IMG/VR virus record: IMGVR_UViG_2934390892_000001
Coordinates: 1-64,000 of that record
Direction: 5' to 3' (one strand)
Source: a virus
Taxonomy: Duplodnaviria; Caudoviricetes
DNA length: 64,000 bases
Below are positions 17,682 through 27,098 of the stretch, piece after piece. Under the pieces are notes generated by a model. The model was not told where the DNA came from. It saw only the letters and a list, made by a program, of their open reading frames with translations, and made no database searches. Made by a program: the position numbers and the translations under genes. Within the stretch, counting starts at the first letter, position 1, and each line of letters opens with the position of its first letter.

Positions 17682-18419
17682 ATGGGCGCCACCAGCATTT
17701 TCGGTACGACCTCGAACGTCGCCCGCTACCGGGTGCGGTTGCAGGTCCTCGACAAGATCGTGGGCGGGGTGCCGTCCAACAAGTCCGTCATCAAAAGCTG
17801 GCTGAAGACCCGCATGGAACTCGGGGACCGTGACCTTCAGGAGCTGACGCAGAAGACGCTGACCGAACGCTTCACCGACCGGCAGCCCAGCGCGGACGAG
17901 CTCGCCGACGCCTTCCTGGAGTCCGACGCCGCACCGTCCATCAACGGCTTCAAACGCGTGCCCGACACGGGCGAGCTGGCTTACGAGGGACGGTGCATGA
18001 AGGCCGCCATCAAGGAGTGGGCCAACAGCGCCTACCCGGGGACGGACTGGGACGGCAAGACCACGACGACGGCCGACGTCGGCCGGCCGCTACCGAAGGG
18101 GTTCCGCAAGGGCCTCATGAGCACCCTGGCCGAGCGGGTGTTCGTCGACGAGATCTACATCGGGCTCGGCGTCAAAGAGCCCACCGGGGTCGAGGAGCGC
18201 ATCAAGCACGTCATGACCCCGCAAGGCCCGAGGTCCAGCATCAACCGGGTCGAGTACGTCGAACGGCCCGTCATCGAGTTCGAACTGAAGGTCCACGACG
18301 ACTTCCTGACCATGCAGGCATGGGCCCGCATCTGGGAGCGGGGCGAGGACATCGGCATCGGCTCGGACCGCGGCCGAAGCGACGGCAAGTTCGAGCTCCT
18401 CGCGTTCGAGCGGATCTGA
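17682..18419 (+). CDS. Stand-alone Cas7/RAMP-like protein (VIPR-like effector)
   Basis: RAMP-like layout: N-terminal strand YRVRLQVLDKIVGGVP, helix YEGRCMKAAIKE, thumb-like hairpin, IEFELKV strand and C-terminal glycine loop GIGSDRGRSDGKFEL. Confidence 0.7.
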   Translation: MGATSIFGTTSNVARYRVRLQVLDKIVGGVPSNKSVIKSWLKTRMELGDRDLQELTQKTLTERFTDRQPSADELADAFLESDAAPSINGFKRVPDTGELAYEGRCMKAAIKEWANSAYPGTDWDGKTTTTADVGRPLPKGFRKGLMSTLAERVFVDEIYIGLGVKEPTGVEERIKHVMTPQGPRSSINRVEYVERPVIEFELKVHDDFLTMQAWARIWERGEDIGIGSDRGRSDGKFELLAFERI

Positions 18420-18439
18420 GCCGTGGACGCCACCTTCTG

Positions 18440-18880
18440 CGACGCCGTCACGGATACGGCTAGCCCAGCCACTCCGACCAGCCAAGCCCAGCCCCGACTC
18501 GTTCACGCCAACACACCGCGACGTCCCACCACGCTTCAGGCCTTGCCGCTCTCCGCGCCGACATGCCAGACCATTCCTTGTCTCTCCACCTCGACGAGCC
18601 GAGCCTTCAGCACCGTCCACGCGCACGACTGCACTGCCCACATCCGCTACAGCCCCGCACGACCTGCCAAGCCATGCGCCTACGCCTGCCATTGCGACAC
18701 GCCAACCCGACCCGCTACACGACAGACCCCGACGACACATCACACCTCGTCTACTCGGAGCGACATGCCAAGCCGTGCCCATGCCCGCCCGTATCGACCC
18801 CACGTCTTTTCGACCGTGCTGTTCCAGTCTTCACGGGCCAAGCCCTCAACGACATGCCTTACCAACCCCGCTCAAGTCGG
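18440..18880. ncRNA. CGAC-delimited array with 5-nt NN-RCC periodicity (GGY-NN on the minus strand); candidate guide RNA array
   Basis: CGAC at 18440, 18475, 18495, 18519, 18559, 18592, 18626, 18660, 18695, 18730, 18761, 18795, 18811, 18850; example unit CGAC at-gcc ag-acc at-tcc tt-gtc tc-tcc. Confidence 0.65.
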
Positions 18881-18922
18881 AACGGGGGAGGCGTCGTGAT
18901 CTTCGGGGGCGTTGAGGCGCGG

Positions 18923-19252
18923 TCAGGAGTCAGCGGGATCGGCCGAGGTGCGCTTCGGGTGCTCGATCCGGAAGCCGGCGCGCTCAAGGTCGCGAAGACT
19001 GATGCTGCCCGCGGGTCGCGTCTTCCGGGCCGGCGGCGGCTTGATGCCGTCGACAACGTCGGCATCTTCCTGGATGCGCCGGATGTGCTCGGGCTCGCGC
19101 TCGAAGTGACGGGCGATATCAGCTTGCTTAGTTCCGGCCTCGCGGGCTTCGCGGATGGCTCGGCCGAACTCGACCCATGCGCTGTTAACGAGGTCTTCGG
19201 CCAGCTGTTCGGCACGCTTGATCTCCGCGTACGCAGCTTCGAGGGCAGCCAT
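18923..19252 (-). CDS. Small HTH regulator, reverse orientation
   Basis: AIREAREAGTKQADIARHFEREPEHIRRI; GGAGAGG SD upstream. Confidence 0.7.
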   Translation of the reverse strand: MAALEAAYAEIKRAEQLAEDLVNSAWVEFGRAIREAREAGTKQADIARHFEREPEHIRRIQEDADVVDGIKPPPARKTRPAGSISLRDLERAGFRIEHPKRTSADPADS

Positions 19253-19285
19253 CGGGTCGGTCACCTCTCCATCATCACACCACTG

Positions 19286-19362
19286 ATGTGGCCACCTTAG
19301 CATGTGGGCCCCACATGGAAATGTGCCCACACGAAATGTAGGCCCCACATGGCAATGTGGGG
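19286..19362. promoter_or_regulatory. Operator cluster ATGTG-N-CACAT
   Basis: CATGTGGGCCCCACATG (19301-19317), ATGTAGGCCCCACAT (19336-19350) and partial copies, between divergent genes. Confidence 0.65.
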
Positions 19363-19482
19363 TATCGTCGGACTCGAACAAGTGAGTGATCAGGGGGACT
19401 GAAGTGGCGAGACCCCGAAGACCGGCCTTGCTCCCGTAGGCCAAACCCCGAGCAGCACTTAGTACCAAGGGAGAGCGCGCAC

Positions 19483-20016
19483 GTGGCGCTGAATTCGACA
19501 ACAGAGTCCGGGTATGAACTGGTTGCCCGCCTCGCAGCGATGGACCTTCCTGATGAAGGTCCACAGGTAGAAGATGCCCAGGGCCTACTGAGGGCCCTGG
19601 TGATGTTCGGTGACGCTCGGGGCCGGTATTTCGCCAACCCCGCGCTGCTCAGCCGATTGTTCGCGTGGCAGGAAACGCCCGCGGTCCAGGTGGCTGCATG
19701 GCGGGACGAGCTTGTGGCTCAGCGTGAGATCGACGTAGAGCTGATCGGGCGGTGCTGCTACTCGAACAGGCCTGTGCCGATCGTCTCCATCGTCAACCGT
19801 CGCCGCTTCCGGCGGTTCGCAGGGCGCGACCACATCCCGACGGCCATACGAAGGGCGGTCTACAGGCGCGACGGCCATCAGTGCGTCCGCTGCGGAGTCG
19901 ACGCAGACCTGTCCTTGGACCACATCGTCCCGTGGTCTCTGGGGGGACCCGACACCATCGACAACCTGCAGACCCTCTGTCGGCCGTGTAACAGCAGCAA
20001 GGGGGCGCGCGTCTGA
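19483..20016 (+). CDS. HNH endonuclease
   Basis: RDGHQCVRCG...LDHIVPWSLGGPDTIDNLQTLCRPCNSSKG. Confidence 0.9.
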   Translation: MALNSTTESGYELVARLAAMDLPDEGPQVEDAQGLLRALVMFGDARGRYFANPALLSRLFAWQETPAVQVAAWRDELVAQREIDVELIGRCCYSNRPVPIVSIVNRRRFRRFAGRDHIPTAIRRAVYRRDGHQCVRCGVDADLSLDHIVPWSLGGPDTIDNLQTLCRPCNSSKGARV

Positions 20017-21107
20017 TGGCGTGGGTCCGCTATGACGATCAGTTCCACGTCAATCCGAAGGTGACTGCGGTCATCGCGGAAGACGCGGCGGCCTTGGCGC
20101 TCCATGTGCTGGCCAACACGTGGACGAACAGCCAGAAGCGCATGGGGTTCGTTCCGCGGCATCAGCCGGGTGTCCTCGTCTGCGACCGCACGCAGGGGAC
20201 TGCTTGGGCGGAGGTGCTTGTGCGGCACGGCTTGTGGCATGACCGCGATAACGACTGCGCTGCGTGCAGGGAGGAGTACGCCGATCTGCCCGATGACGTG
20301 GACGGGTTCGTCATTCACAACGCGAAGGAATACCGGGCGCCGGCTCGGGAGCGGCTGACTTCGGGAACCGCAGCGGATCTGTCGGAGAAGCGTCGAGAGG
20401 CGGGCAGAAGGGGAGGTCTCGCATCCGCCGCAAGGCGCAATCAGACAAACGAAAGCAAAAGCAAGCAAACCGAAGCAAAGCGCCAAGCAAGTCAAGCAGA
20501 TGAAGCAAAAAATGAGCCGACCGCCTCAACTCGAGCAGCCGTCGCAGCTTCCGGCACAAACCCTCAAGTTCAGGTCGAGGCTGCGATAACGCCACCTGCG
20601 GAAACGCAGCAAGTGGCGCAAGCAAGTCAAGCAAATGGTGTGAGCAAAACCAGCAACTTGCTCCTTGCTGGCGTGAGCCCCGTACCCGGTACTTCTCCTT
20701 ACGGAGAAGTACCACCCGAAACCCTCTTTGCTTCTGACGAAGCAAAGGTTCCGCCTACGGCGGGCACGGCCAAGCCGCGCCGGACCCCGCCGGAGGACGC
20801 ACCTCCCAACGCCGGAGATGTCGTTGCCGCCTGGGTCGAGGGCGCGGAGGCGGTCAGCGGCGAACGCCCCGGAGGGCGCCTCATTGCTCAGGTTGGCAGG
20901 CAGGCCCGCGAACTGCTCGAAGAGGGCAAGGACCCGTCCCGCCTCGTCGAGGCCGCCAAAGCGGCAGGCCGCAAGGGCTTCGCCGACCTGCCTCGAGAAC
21001 TCCTCCGGATGGGCGCTGGCGGGTCCAGCGACAGCGGCAAATATGCACCCGGCTCCGAACCGCACCTCAAGCCGGGAACCACATACGACCCCGAGAAGGT
21101 GATCTGA
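20016..21107 (+). CDS. Replication initiator protein
   Basis: MAWVRYDDQFHVNPKV N-terminus typical of actinophage Rep proteins; internal iteron-like repeats; lies upstream of loader and helicase. Confidence 0.75.
   Translation: MAWVRYDDQFHVNPKVTAVIAEDAAALALHVLANTWTNSQKRMGFVPRHQPGVLVCDRTQGTAWAEVLVRHGLWHDRDNDCAACREEYADLPDDVDGFVIHNAKEYRAPARERLTSGTAADLSEKRREAGRRGGLASAARRNQTNESKSKQTEAKRQASQADEAKNEPTASTRAAVAASGTNPQVQVEAAITPPAETQQVAQASQANGVSKTSNLLLAGVSPVPGTSPYGEVPPETLFASDEAKVPPTAGTAKPRRTPPEDAPPNAGDVVAAWVEGAEAVSGERPGGRLIAQVGRQARELLEEGKDPSRLVEAAKAAGRKGFADLPRELLRMGAGGSSDSGKYAPGSEPHLKPGTTYDPEKVI
20450..20670. repeat. AAGCAA iteron-like repeats, putative replication origin
   Basis: A-rich clusters such as gaaagcaaaagcaagcaaaccgaagcaaag and caagcaagtcaagca x2 inside the rep gene. 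Confidence 0.6.
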
Positions 21108-21108
21108 C

Positions 21109-21699
21109 ATGGGCGAAAGCAGCCCCGAGCCGTACGACGACGACGCAGAACTGCATGCCGAATGGGCCAGGCAGGCCCAGGAGTTCAGGCTCGAGCAGTG
21201 GCGCAAGCGCATCCCCCCGTCGATGCGCACACCCGGCGAACTGGACCCGCGGATCGTCTCGTGGGTGAACGACCTGGTTCGGCGCTCCCCGAACAACTTG
21301 CTGATGGTCGGGCCGGTGGGGGTCGGAAAGACCTGGTCCTGCTGGCACGCCGCCGACGCCGCGATCGCGGCCGGTTGGGACGGCGACCCGACCGTGGTGG
21401 GCGCCTACGAGTGGAAGCTGCTGATCACCCCGCCCGTCAACGAGATGGACGTGCGGGACATCGCCCGGTCGTCGCTGCTGGTCCTCGACGACCCCGGAGC
21501 GATGCGCCTGGGGGCGTGGGAGCTCGAGCACATGTACGGCGTGATCGACTACCGCTGGAATCACCGGCTGCCGACCATCATCACCAGCAACGTCCCCGAC
21601 CTGCGCGCCATGCTCGGCGAGCGCATCGCTTCCCGTCTCGCCGCGAATGTCACGGTCGTCGTGCTTGATGGCCCGGACCGCCGCCGGGAGGGCAAGTGA
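21109..21699 (+). CDS. DnaC/IstB-like helicase loader ATPase
   Basis: GPVGVGKT, LLVLDDPG, IDYRWNHRLPTIITSN, GPDRR. Confidence 0.88.
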   Translation: MGESSPEPYDDDAELHAEWARQAQEFRLEQWRKRIPPSMRTPGELDPRIVSWVNDLVRRSPNNLLMVGPVGVGKTWSCWHAADAAIAAGWDGDPTVVGAYEWKLLITPPVNEMDVRDIARSSLLVLDDPGAMRLGAWELEHMYGVIDYRWNHRLPTIITSNVPDLRAMLGERIASRLAANVTVVVLDGPDRRREGK

Positions 21700-23057
21700 G
21701 CATCGAAGGTGTTGAGGCGGACGGCTGGTGGCCGAGCCCCGCGGTGATCGCAGCCGAGCAGGCCGTGGTCGGTGCGGCGATCCAGAACCGCGGAGTGGCC
21801 GAGAACGCGGCCGACATTGTGCGCCCGCACGACTTCTACAACTCCGCCCACCGCGAAGTCTTCGCCGCGGTCCTGACGCTGGCCGAGGACGGCAACCCCG
21901 TGGACCCGGCCGCGGTGCTCGGCGTGCTGGCCGCAGAGGGCAAGCTCGAGCGTGTTGGGGGCGGGCCCGCGCTGGCGGAACTCATGGAGAACGCCGCAGT
22001 GGGGCCCGCGGTCACCTTCCACGCTCGCATCGTCAAGGCCGATGCGGTTCGCCGGCGCGGACACGAGGCGGGGCAGCGGATCAAGCAGTTGTTCTCCAAC
22101 CACGCCTTTGATGTGGACTCGGATCCCGACCTGGCTCGCAAGCTGCTCGAGGAGGCGCTGGCGGTCGGGGGCGACCGGCCCATGGTTACTGCGGCCGAGC
22201 TGGTCGGCCCCACCATGGATGACCTCGCCAACCGTGAGGCGCAGATGGTCGGCGTCCCGACCGGATACAAGGACCTCGACGACATCCTGCCCGGTCTGCG
22301 TCCTGGTCAGCTTGTGGTGGTGGGGGCGAGGCCGGGCATCGGCAAGACGACGATCGGGCTCGACATCGCCCGCCACGTCGCGGTCCGCAGGCAGTACCCG
22401 GCCCTGTTCGTGAGTCTCGAGATGTCGCACAGCGAAGTCATGCACCGGCTCATCGCCGCGGAGTCCCGCGTGGACTTGCACCGCATGCAGAACCGCGACC
22501 TGAACGACGACGACTGGATGCGCATGGCCGAGGGCGCGCCCCGGATCGCCGAATCGCGCCTCGTGATCGACGACACTCCCGCGGCGGGCCTGGCGCACAT
22601 CCGCTCGAGGTTGCGCGATATGGCCAGGACCAACCCGGCCCGCCTCGTGGTCGTGGACTACCTGCAGCTCATGTCTGGCGGCAGGGCGGAGAACCGGCAG
22701 CAGCAAGTCGCCGACCTGTCTCGCGGATTGAAGCTCATCGCTCGAGAGCACGAGGTGCCCCTGATGGTGCTCGCCCAGCTGAACCGAGGGTCTGAGCACC
22801 GGCAGGACAAGCGCCCCCAGATGTCCGACCTTCGCGAGTCGGGCGCGGTCGAGCAAGACGCGGACGTGGTCCTGCTGCTCCACCGCGAGGCCGCCGCAGA
22901 CCCGGAATCCAAGCACGCGGGCACGGTCGAGGTGATCGTCGCCAAGCAGCGCCAGGGCCGCACTGGCTCGGTGACGCTCGGCTGGCAAGGCCACTACGGG
23001 CGGTGCGTCAACCACGTCCAGCCCTGGAGTCCTACCGCGCAATTGGAGAGGCGATGA
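21696..23057 (+). CDS. dnaB: Replicative DNA helicase
   Basis: AEQAVVGA, GARPGIGKT, SLEMS, VVVDYLQL, AQLNR, DLRESGAVEQDAD, KQRQG. Confidence 0.96.
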   Translation: MSIEGVEADGWWPSPAVIAAEQAVVGAAIQNRGVAENAADIVRPHDFYNSAHREVFAAVLTLAEDGNPVDPAAVLGVLAAEGKLERVGGGPALAELMENAAVGPAVTFHARIVKADAVRRRGHEAGQRIKQLFSNHAFDVDSDPDLARKLLEEALAVGGDRPMVTAAELVGPTMDDLANREAQMVGVPTGYKDLDDILPGLRPGQLVVVGARPGIGKTTIGLDIARHVAVRRQYPALFVSLEMSHSEVMHRLIAAESRVDLHRMQNRDLNDDDWMRMAEGAPRIAESRLVIDDTPAAGLAHIRSRLRDMARTNPARLVVVDYLQLMSGGRAENRQQQVADLSRGLKLIAREHEVPLMVLAQLNRGSEHRQDKRPQMSDLRESGAVEQDADVVLLLHREAAADPESKHAGTVEVIVAKQRQGRTGSVTLGWQGHYGRCVNHVQPWSPTAQLERR

Positions 23058-23737
23058 CCATCCAGGCGATCGACACGACGTACAAAGGCTGCCGCTTCCG
23101 CTCCCGGCTCGAGGCCCGCTGGGCGGTGTTCTTCGACACGCTCGGCGTCCGCTGGGAGTACGAACCTCAGGGCTACCTGGTGGGGCCGAAGCGCCGCCCG
23201 TACCTGCCCGACTTCTACCTGACCGAGCTGCGCTGGTGGGTCGAGGTGAAAGGCCCACTAGAGCGGCTCGACATCCCGCTCCTCCTCGACGCCGTCGACC
23301 CGGTCCACGGTTTAGGCCGCGAGGACGCCTTCTGCATGACCAACATGCTGGTGCTCGGCGACATCCCCACCGGCGAGGTCCCGAACGGGCACCTGTCGAT
23401 CCGGCGTTCCCGCGCCATTGGCGTCCCGCTCCGCGGCCAGCCGACCAGCGTCGGCGGCGGATGCGGCGGCGACTGCGCGTTCACGGGGCCGCTGTTCGGC
23501 TTCCACTTCTTCGCCCCCGCCTGCGGCATCCTGCCCGACGTCGACGACGACAGCTTCCGCCGCATGCTGTGCCAGCACGGCGCCCTCCTCGCCCCGGCCT
23601 GCCGAGCATCCACCAAGCTGCCCACCGGTGATGTGACCGAGCCGATCCCGCTGACCGGTGCGCCGTACGCCGAGTACCTCGAATACGCCTACGTGGCCGC
23701 CCGTTCTGCCCGTTTCGAGCATGGCGAGTCGGGATGA
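23054..23737 (+). CDS. PD-(D/E)XK nuclease-like protein
   Basis: FRSRLEARWAVFFD...WEYEPQG...YLPDFYL...WVEVKG. Confidence 0.8.
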   Translation: MTIQAIDTTYKGCRFRSRLEARWAVFFDTLGVRWEYEPQGYLVGPKRRPYLPDFYLTELRWWVEVKGPLERLDIPLLLDAVDPVHGLGREDAFCMTNMLVLGDIPTGEVPNGHLSIRRSRAIGVPLRGQPTSVGGGCGGDCAFTGPLFGFHFFAPACGILPDVDDDSFRRMLCQHGALLAPACRASTKLPTGDVTEPIPLTGAPYAEYLEYAYVAARSARFEHGESG

Positions 23738-23976
23738 CTGCCCGCCCTGCCCCGTACGCCGCTCTCGCCGGCCTCCTGGTCGACCTCCCGACCCTGCTGC
23801 GAGAGGCGCGTGAGGACCGCGAGCTGAGCCTTCGGTCGGCGGCAGAGCAGATCGGCTACTCGCGGTCGACGCTGGGCCGTATCGAAGCCGGTGAGGTTTG
23901 CCGTGTGGACATTGCGGCTGCTGTCCTGCGGTGGCTCGGCACCCCTGCCTCATCCGACTCGAAGGAGACCTTGTGA
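23734..23976 (+). CDS. XRE HTH protein
   Basis: LREAREDRELSLRSAAEQIGYSRSTLGRIEAG. Confidence 0.8.
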   Translation: MTARPAPYAALAGLLVDLPTLLREAREDRELSLRSAAEQIGYSRSTLGRIEAGEVCRVDIAAAVLRWLGTPASSDSKETL

Positions 23977-24265
23977 GCTACGCCTGGCCATCGCGAGAGG
24001 AGTGGGCGGCCCGCGCCGAGTACTCCGTCCGCACCGCCTGTCTGCCGCTGGAGCGCGTGCCGCACTGTCGCCGAACGCAACTCCGATGAGGGCTGGGCCA
24101 AGGAGCTGGAACGCCGGGCGCGCATCGACGGCGGCGACCACGTGATCGTCCATGCACCGCCAGACCGTCCACAACCTGTGCAAACGCCTGGGGATGGCGG
24201 CGCATCAGCCGTTAACCGGACAGACACGACAACGCAAGATCGCAACGAGAAGGAGATCCCGACCC

Positions 24266-24655
24266 ATGGCTGACACCAAGACCGAGACCGCCACGCAGAA
24301 CGTCATGAGCAACGCCGACTGGAAGGCCGAAGGCCGCCGCCGCTTCGGCGAAGACATCAAGCAATGGCAGTTCCAGTGCGCCTCCTGCGGCAACATCGCC
24401 ACCCCTGCCAGCTTCGAGGAGCTCGGCGCGGATGGGCGTCGGGCGCCGTTCGACTGCATCGGCCGCGTCCACGTGGAGCTCGGCGGCCTTCCGAACCTCA
24501 AAATCGACGGCAACAGCAAGCCGTGCAACTGGACAACTGGGGGCATGTTCCGGCTCAGCAACCTCTGGCAGGTCGAGTCCGTCAACGGCACTACCTCGCT
24601 GAGCTTCCCGTTCGCCGATGCTCCCGCCAGGGTGGAGGTGGTGTCCCGTGGCTAG
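24266..24655 (+). CDS. VVA0879-like phage protein
   Basis: WKAEGRRRFGED...WQFQCASCG...CIGR...CNWTTGG. Confidence 0.6.
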   Translation: MADTKTETATQNVMSNADWKAEGRRRFGEDIKQWQFQCASCGNIATPASFEELGADGRRAPFDCIGRVHVELGGLPNLKIDGNSKPCNWTTGGMFRLSNLWQVESVNGTTSLSFPFADAPARVEVVSRG

Positions 24656-25070
24656 GCCGAGTGCCAAACAGGTGATCGCCAGCGTTCTCGGGCGGGTGGA
24701 CGATCCCAAAGCGCTAGACCTCTCAGGTGCTGTGCTCAAGGCGCTCACCGTCCACCGGTTCTTCGTCGGACTACAGGCGTGGAAGGACCGGACCAAGGCT
24801 CAACTCGCCGCCGAAACGCGTGCCCGAGCTCAGGCCGACGCTGCAATCGCGCGGGTCCATGACGCCCACCCCGAGCACGAAGGCCGCTGCGTGCGCTGCG
24901 TGCAGTGGTGCACCTGCATGGACGACGCCGCCGCTACCGACCCCGAGTTGCGCGACCTCGAAGCTCTCGGCCTCCGCTGGACGGAGTGCCCCCACGGCAA
25001 CGAGCCGTACCCGTGCCCGACCGTCCGGGCCCTCGACGGCATAGACCTGTTGGAGACCGAGCGTGGCTGA
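24648..25070 (+). CDS. Hypothetical protein
   Basis: C-terminal H...C..C...YPCPTVRAL motif. Confidence 0.5.
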   Translation: MARPSAKQVIASVLGRVDDPKALDLSGAVLKALTVHRFFVGLQAWKDRTKAQLAAETRARAQADAAIARVHDAHPEHEGRCVRCVQWCTCMDDAAATDPELRDLEALGLRWTECPHGNEPYPCPTVRALDGIDLLETERG

Positions 25071-25373
25071 CACCACTGAGAAGACCGCGTCGGGCTGCTC
25101 GGTCCAGTTGCTGGACCTGGTCAACCAGCCGTACTGCCACGAGCCTGTCACGGTCACGTACGTGAGCGGCTGCGTGGGCGAGCACCTTGACGAGGACCGG
25201 TTCTGCGAGCGGCACGCCGGTCTGGTGCATGACGGGGACTTGCTCTGCGTCGAGTGCTGGCGTTCCGGCGCCCGCGTGCCTGTGGTCGTGCTTGCTGAGG
25301 TGTTGCCTTCGGGCGAGCGGGTCCGCGTGGCGCGGGTCATCAACGGAACCTTGCCGCAGGAGGTGTCCGTCTC

Positions 25374-25664
25374 GTGACCGCGGGCGAGTATCAGAAATCC
25401 AGCTTCTGCAACGGGGCGAGCTCCTGCGTGGAGGTCTGCCACCTCCCGAACGGCAACGTGGCGCTCCGGGACGGCAAGGAGCAGGACGGCCCTGTCTTGG
25501 TCTTCACGCCGAGGGAGTGGGCTGCCTTTGTGGCCGGTGTCTGTGACGGCGAGTTCGACTTGGCTTCTCTCGCATCCGGCACGCACGGGTCGGACGGAGA
25601 AGCCCCGGGAAGGCCGCCAGCAAAGCCGCTCGCGGGATTTGGGGCGGATTCCGCACCCGTCTGA
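25374..25664 (+). CDS. DUF397 domain protein
   Basis: KSSFCNGASSCVEV...VALRDGK...GPVLVFTPREWAAFVAGV. Confidence 0.88.
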   Translation: MTAGEYQKSSFCNGASSCVEVCHLPNGNVALRDGKEQDGPVLVFTPREWAAFVAGVCDGEFDLASLASGTHGSDGEAPGRPPAKPLAGFGADSAPV

Positions 25665-25786
25665 GGGTGCCGCTCTGTGAACGTCTCAGAGGGCCCCTAC
25701 AGCCCCGTGAACAGAACTCAAGATCGAATTCAGCTGTGGATCAAGCTACTCGTGATCCATGTTCGAGAGAGGAATCGAACGACTCA

Positions 25787-26133
25787 TGACCTACTTCACC
25801 GGCAACCTGACCCGCGAAGAGGACGAAGTCCGCGCTGAACTCGCCCGGCAGGACGCCAAATGGGGCGAACAGAACCACCAGGACGGCACCGGCGGACCCG
25901 CGTTCACTGCCTGGGCCTCCGCCGCGCGGCGCATGTGCCAGCGAGCCGCCGCCGACGACAGCGTGACGTGGCAGCTCATCCTCGACGAGGAGGTCGCCGA
26001 AGCGTTCGCCGAAGACGACCCGGACAAGCTCCTCGCCGAGCTGGTCCAGGTGGAGGCGGTCGCCCGTCAGTGGCGGATGACGATCCGCCGGCGTCTCGCC
26101 GCTCAGCAGTCCGGAGAGGCGGCAACCCGATGA
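25787..26133 (+). CDS. MazG-like / nucleotide pyrophosphatase-like protein
   Basis: ELARQDAKWGEQNH...ILDEEVAEA...ELVQVEAVA. Confidence 0.6.
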
Positions 26134-27098
26134 CCGAGCGCGCCCGACTCGCACTCATCGTGATCGGCCCCGAACGGCGGGATCGTCTGATCTCCCGCTA
26201 CGCCGACGGCCTGGTACTGACGCACGGCATGAGCATGAACGCGGCCCGCCGCTACGCCACCGAACTGGTGGACGACGCCGACCCGGGCGCGGTCCTGTCG
26301 ATCGGCCAGACCTGGTCGCAACGCGACGGCCGCTCGCTGCCCGGCGGCGAACTGATCCTTTCCGTCCGCGAGAAGTCGTACACGGTCGCGGGGTTCACCG
26401 ACGACGGCATGGTGGAGGTCGGCGACGGCAGTCTTCATCTCGGCGCCCACCTGTTCGCCGGCATGTGGCTGACGGGCTGGCCGGACACCTACACGCTCGC
26501 TGACGACGAAGCGCAGGCGCCGCAGGCCGCTCTCCCCGAGCCCGGCGAGGGTGACGAGACGCCCGCCGGCGAAGACCGGTTCGATCCGCGAAGCCTGTGG
26601 GTCATGGCCCACCGATCCGACGAGAACGGCCTGCCGCTCGGCGAAGGACTCCCACTCCTCACCGCCCACTACCGGGCCGTGAACTGGAAGAAGCCCGAGT
26701 ACGAGCCCAGCTACGGCAACGCCCTCGACGTCCCCGCCTACCTGGACGAGTACCTCGCCGACTACCGGGCAGGCTGGCCCGACTTCCGCGCCCAGTTCAA
26801 GCCCGGCGAATGGCTGGACTACTTCAACGGCCTCGGCGGCTGCGAGACGGACATCGCCGTCGCCGCCTACCTCGGGCGGTGGCTGTGGCAGCGGGTCCGC
26901 TCCGACGTCGTCCACGAGTACGGCGGCACTGTGGACGGGTTCGACGTCATGTTCCCGTGGGCGCCGTACTACGCCGACGCCGTGTTGGAGGCAGCCCCGT
27001 ACGCCGACCCTGAGTGGGAGATCCCGTCCGATCACCGGCTGGCCCAGTGTGACGGCCAGCGCAGCCTGTTCGAGCAGCCTGAGGAGGCGTCCCGATGA
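26130..27098 (+). CDS. Hypothetical protein
   Basis: Long ORF with phage-like codon usage, coupled overlaps. Confidence 0.6.
   Translation: MTERARLALIVIGPERRDRLISRYADGLVLTHGMSMNAARRYATELVDDADPGAVLSIGQTWSQRDGRSLPGGELILSVREKSYTVAGFTDDGMVEVGDGSLHLGAHLFAGMWLTGWPDTYTLADDEAQAPQAALPEPGEGDETPAGEDRFDPRSLWVMAHRSDENGLPLGEGLPLLTAHYRAVNWKKPEYEPSYGNALDVPAYLDEYLADYRAGWPDFRAQFKPGEWLDYFNGLGGCETDIAVAAYLGRWLWQRVRSDVVHEYGGTVDGFDVMFPWAPYYADAVLEAAPYADPEWEIPSDHRLAQCDGQRSLFEQPEEASR

Noticed and set aside
18440-18880. Canonical CRISPR array for the Cas7-like gene
   Set aside because: Only a 4-nt motif recurs; there are no 25-40-nt repeats
18423-18899. 158-aa ORF (and antisense ORF 18090-18803) over the periodic array
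   Set aside because: Low-complexity P/T/R/C translation with no phage codon bias; probably a by-product of the C-rich 5-nt pattern
23973-24260. Short ORF fragments after the HTH gene
   Set aside because: Possibly a decayed gene, but no recognisable product can be supported
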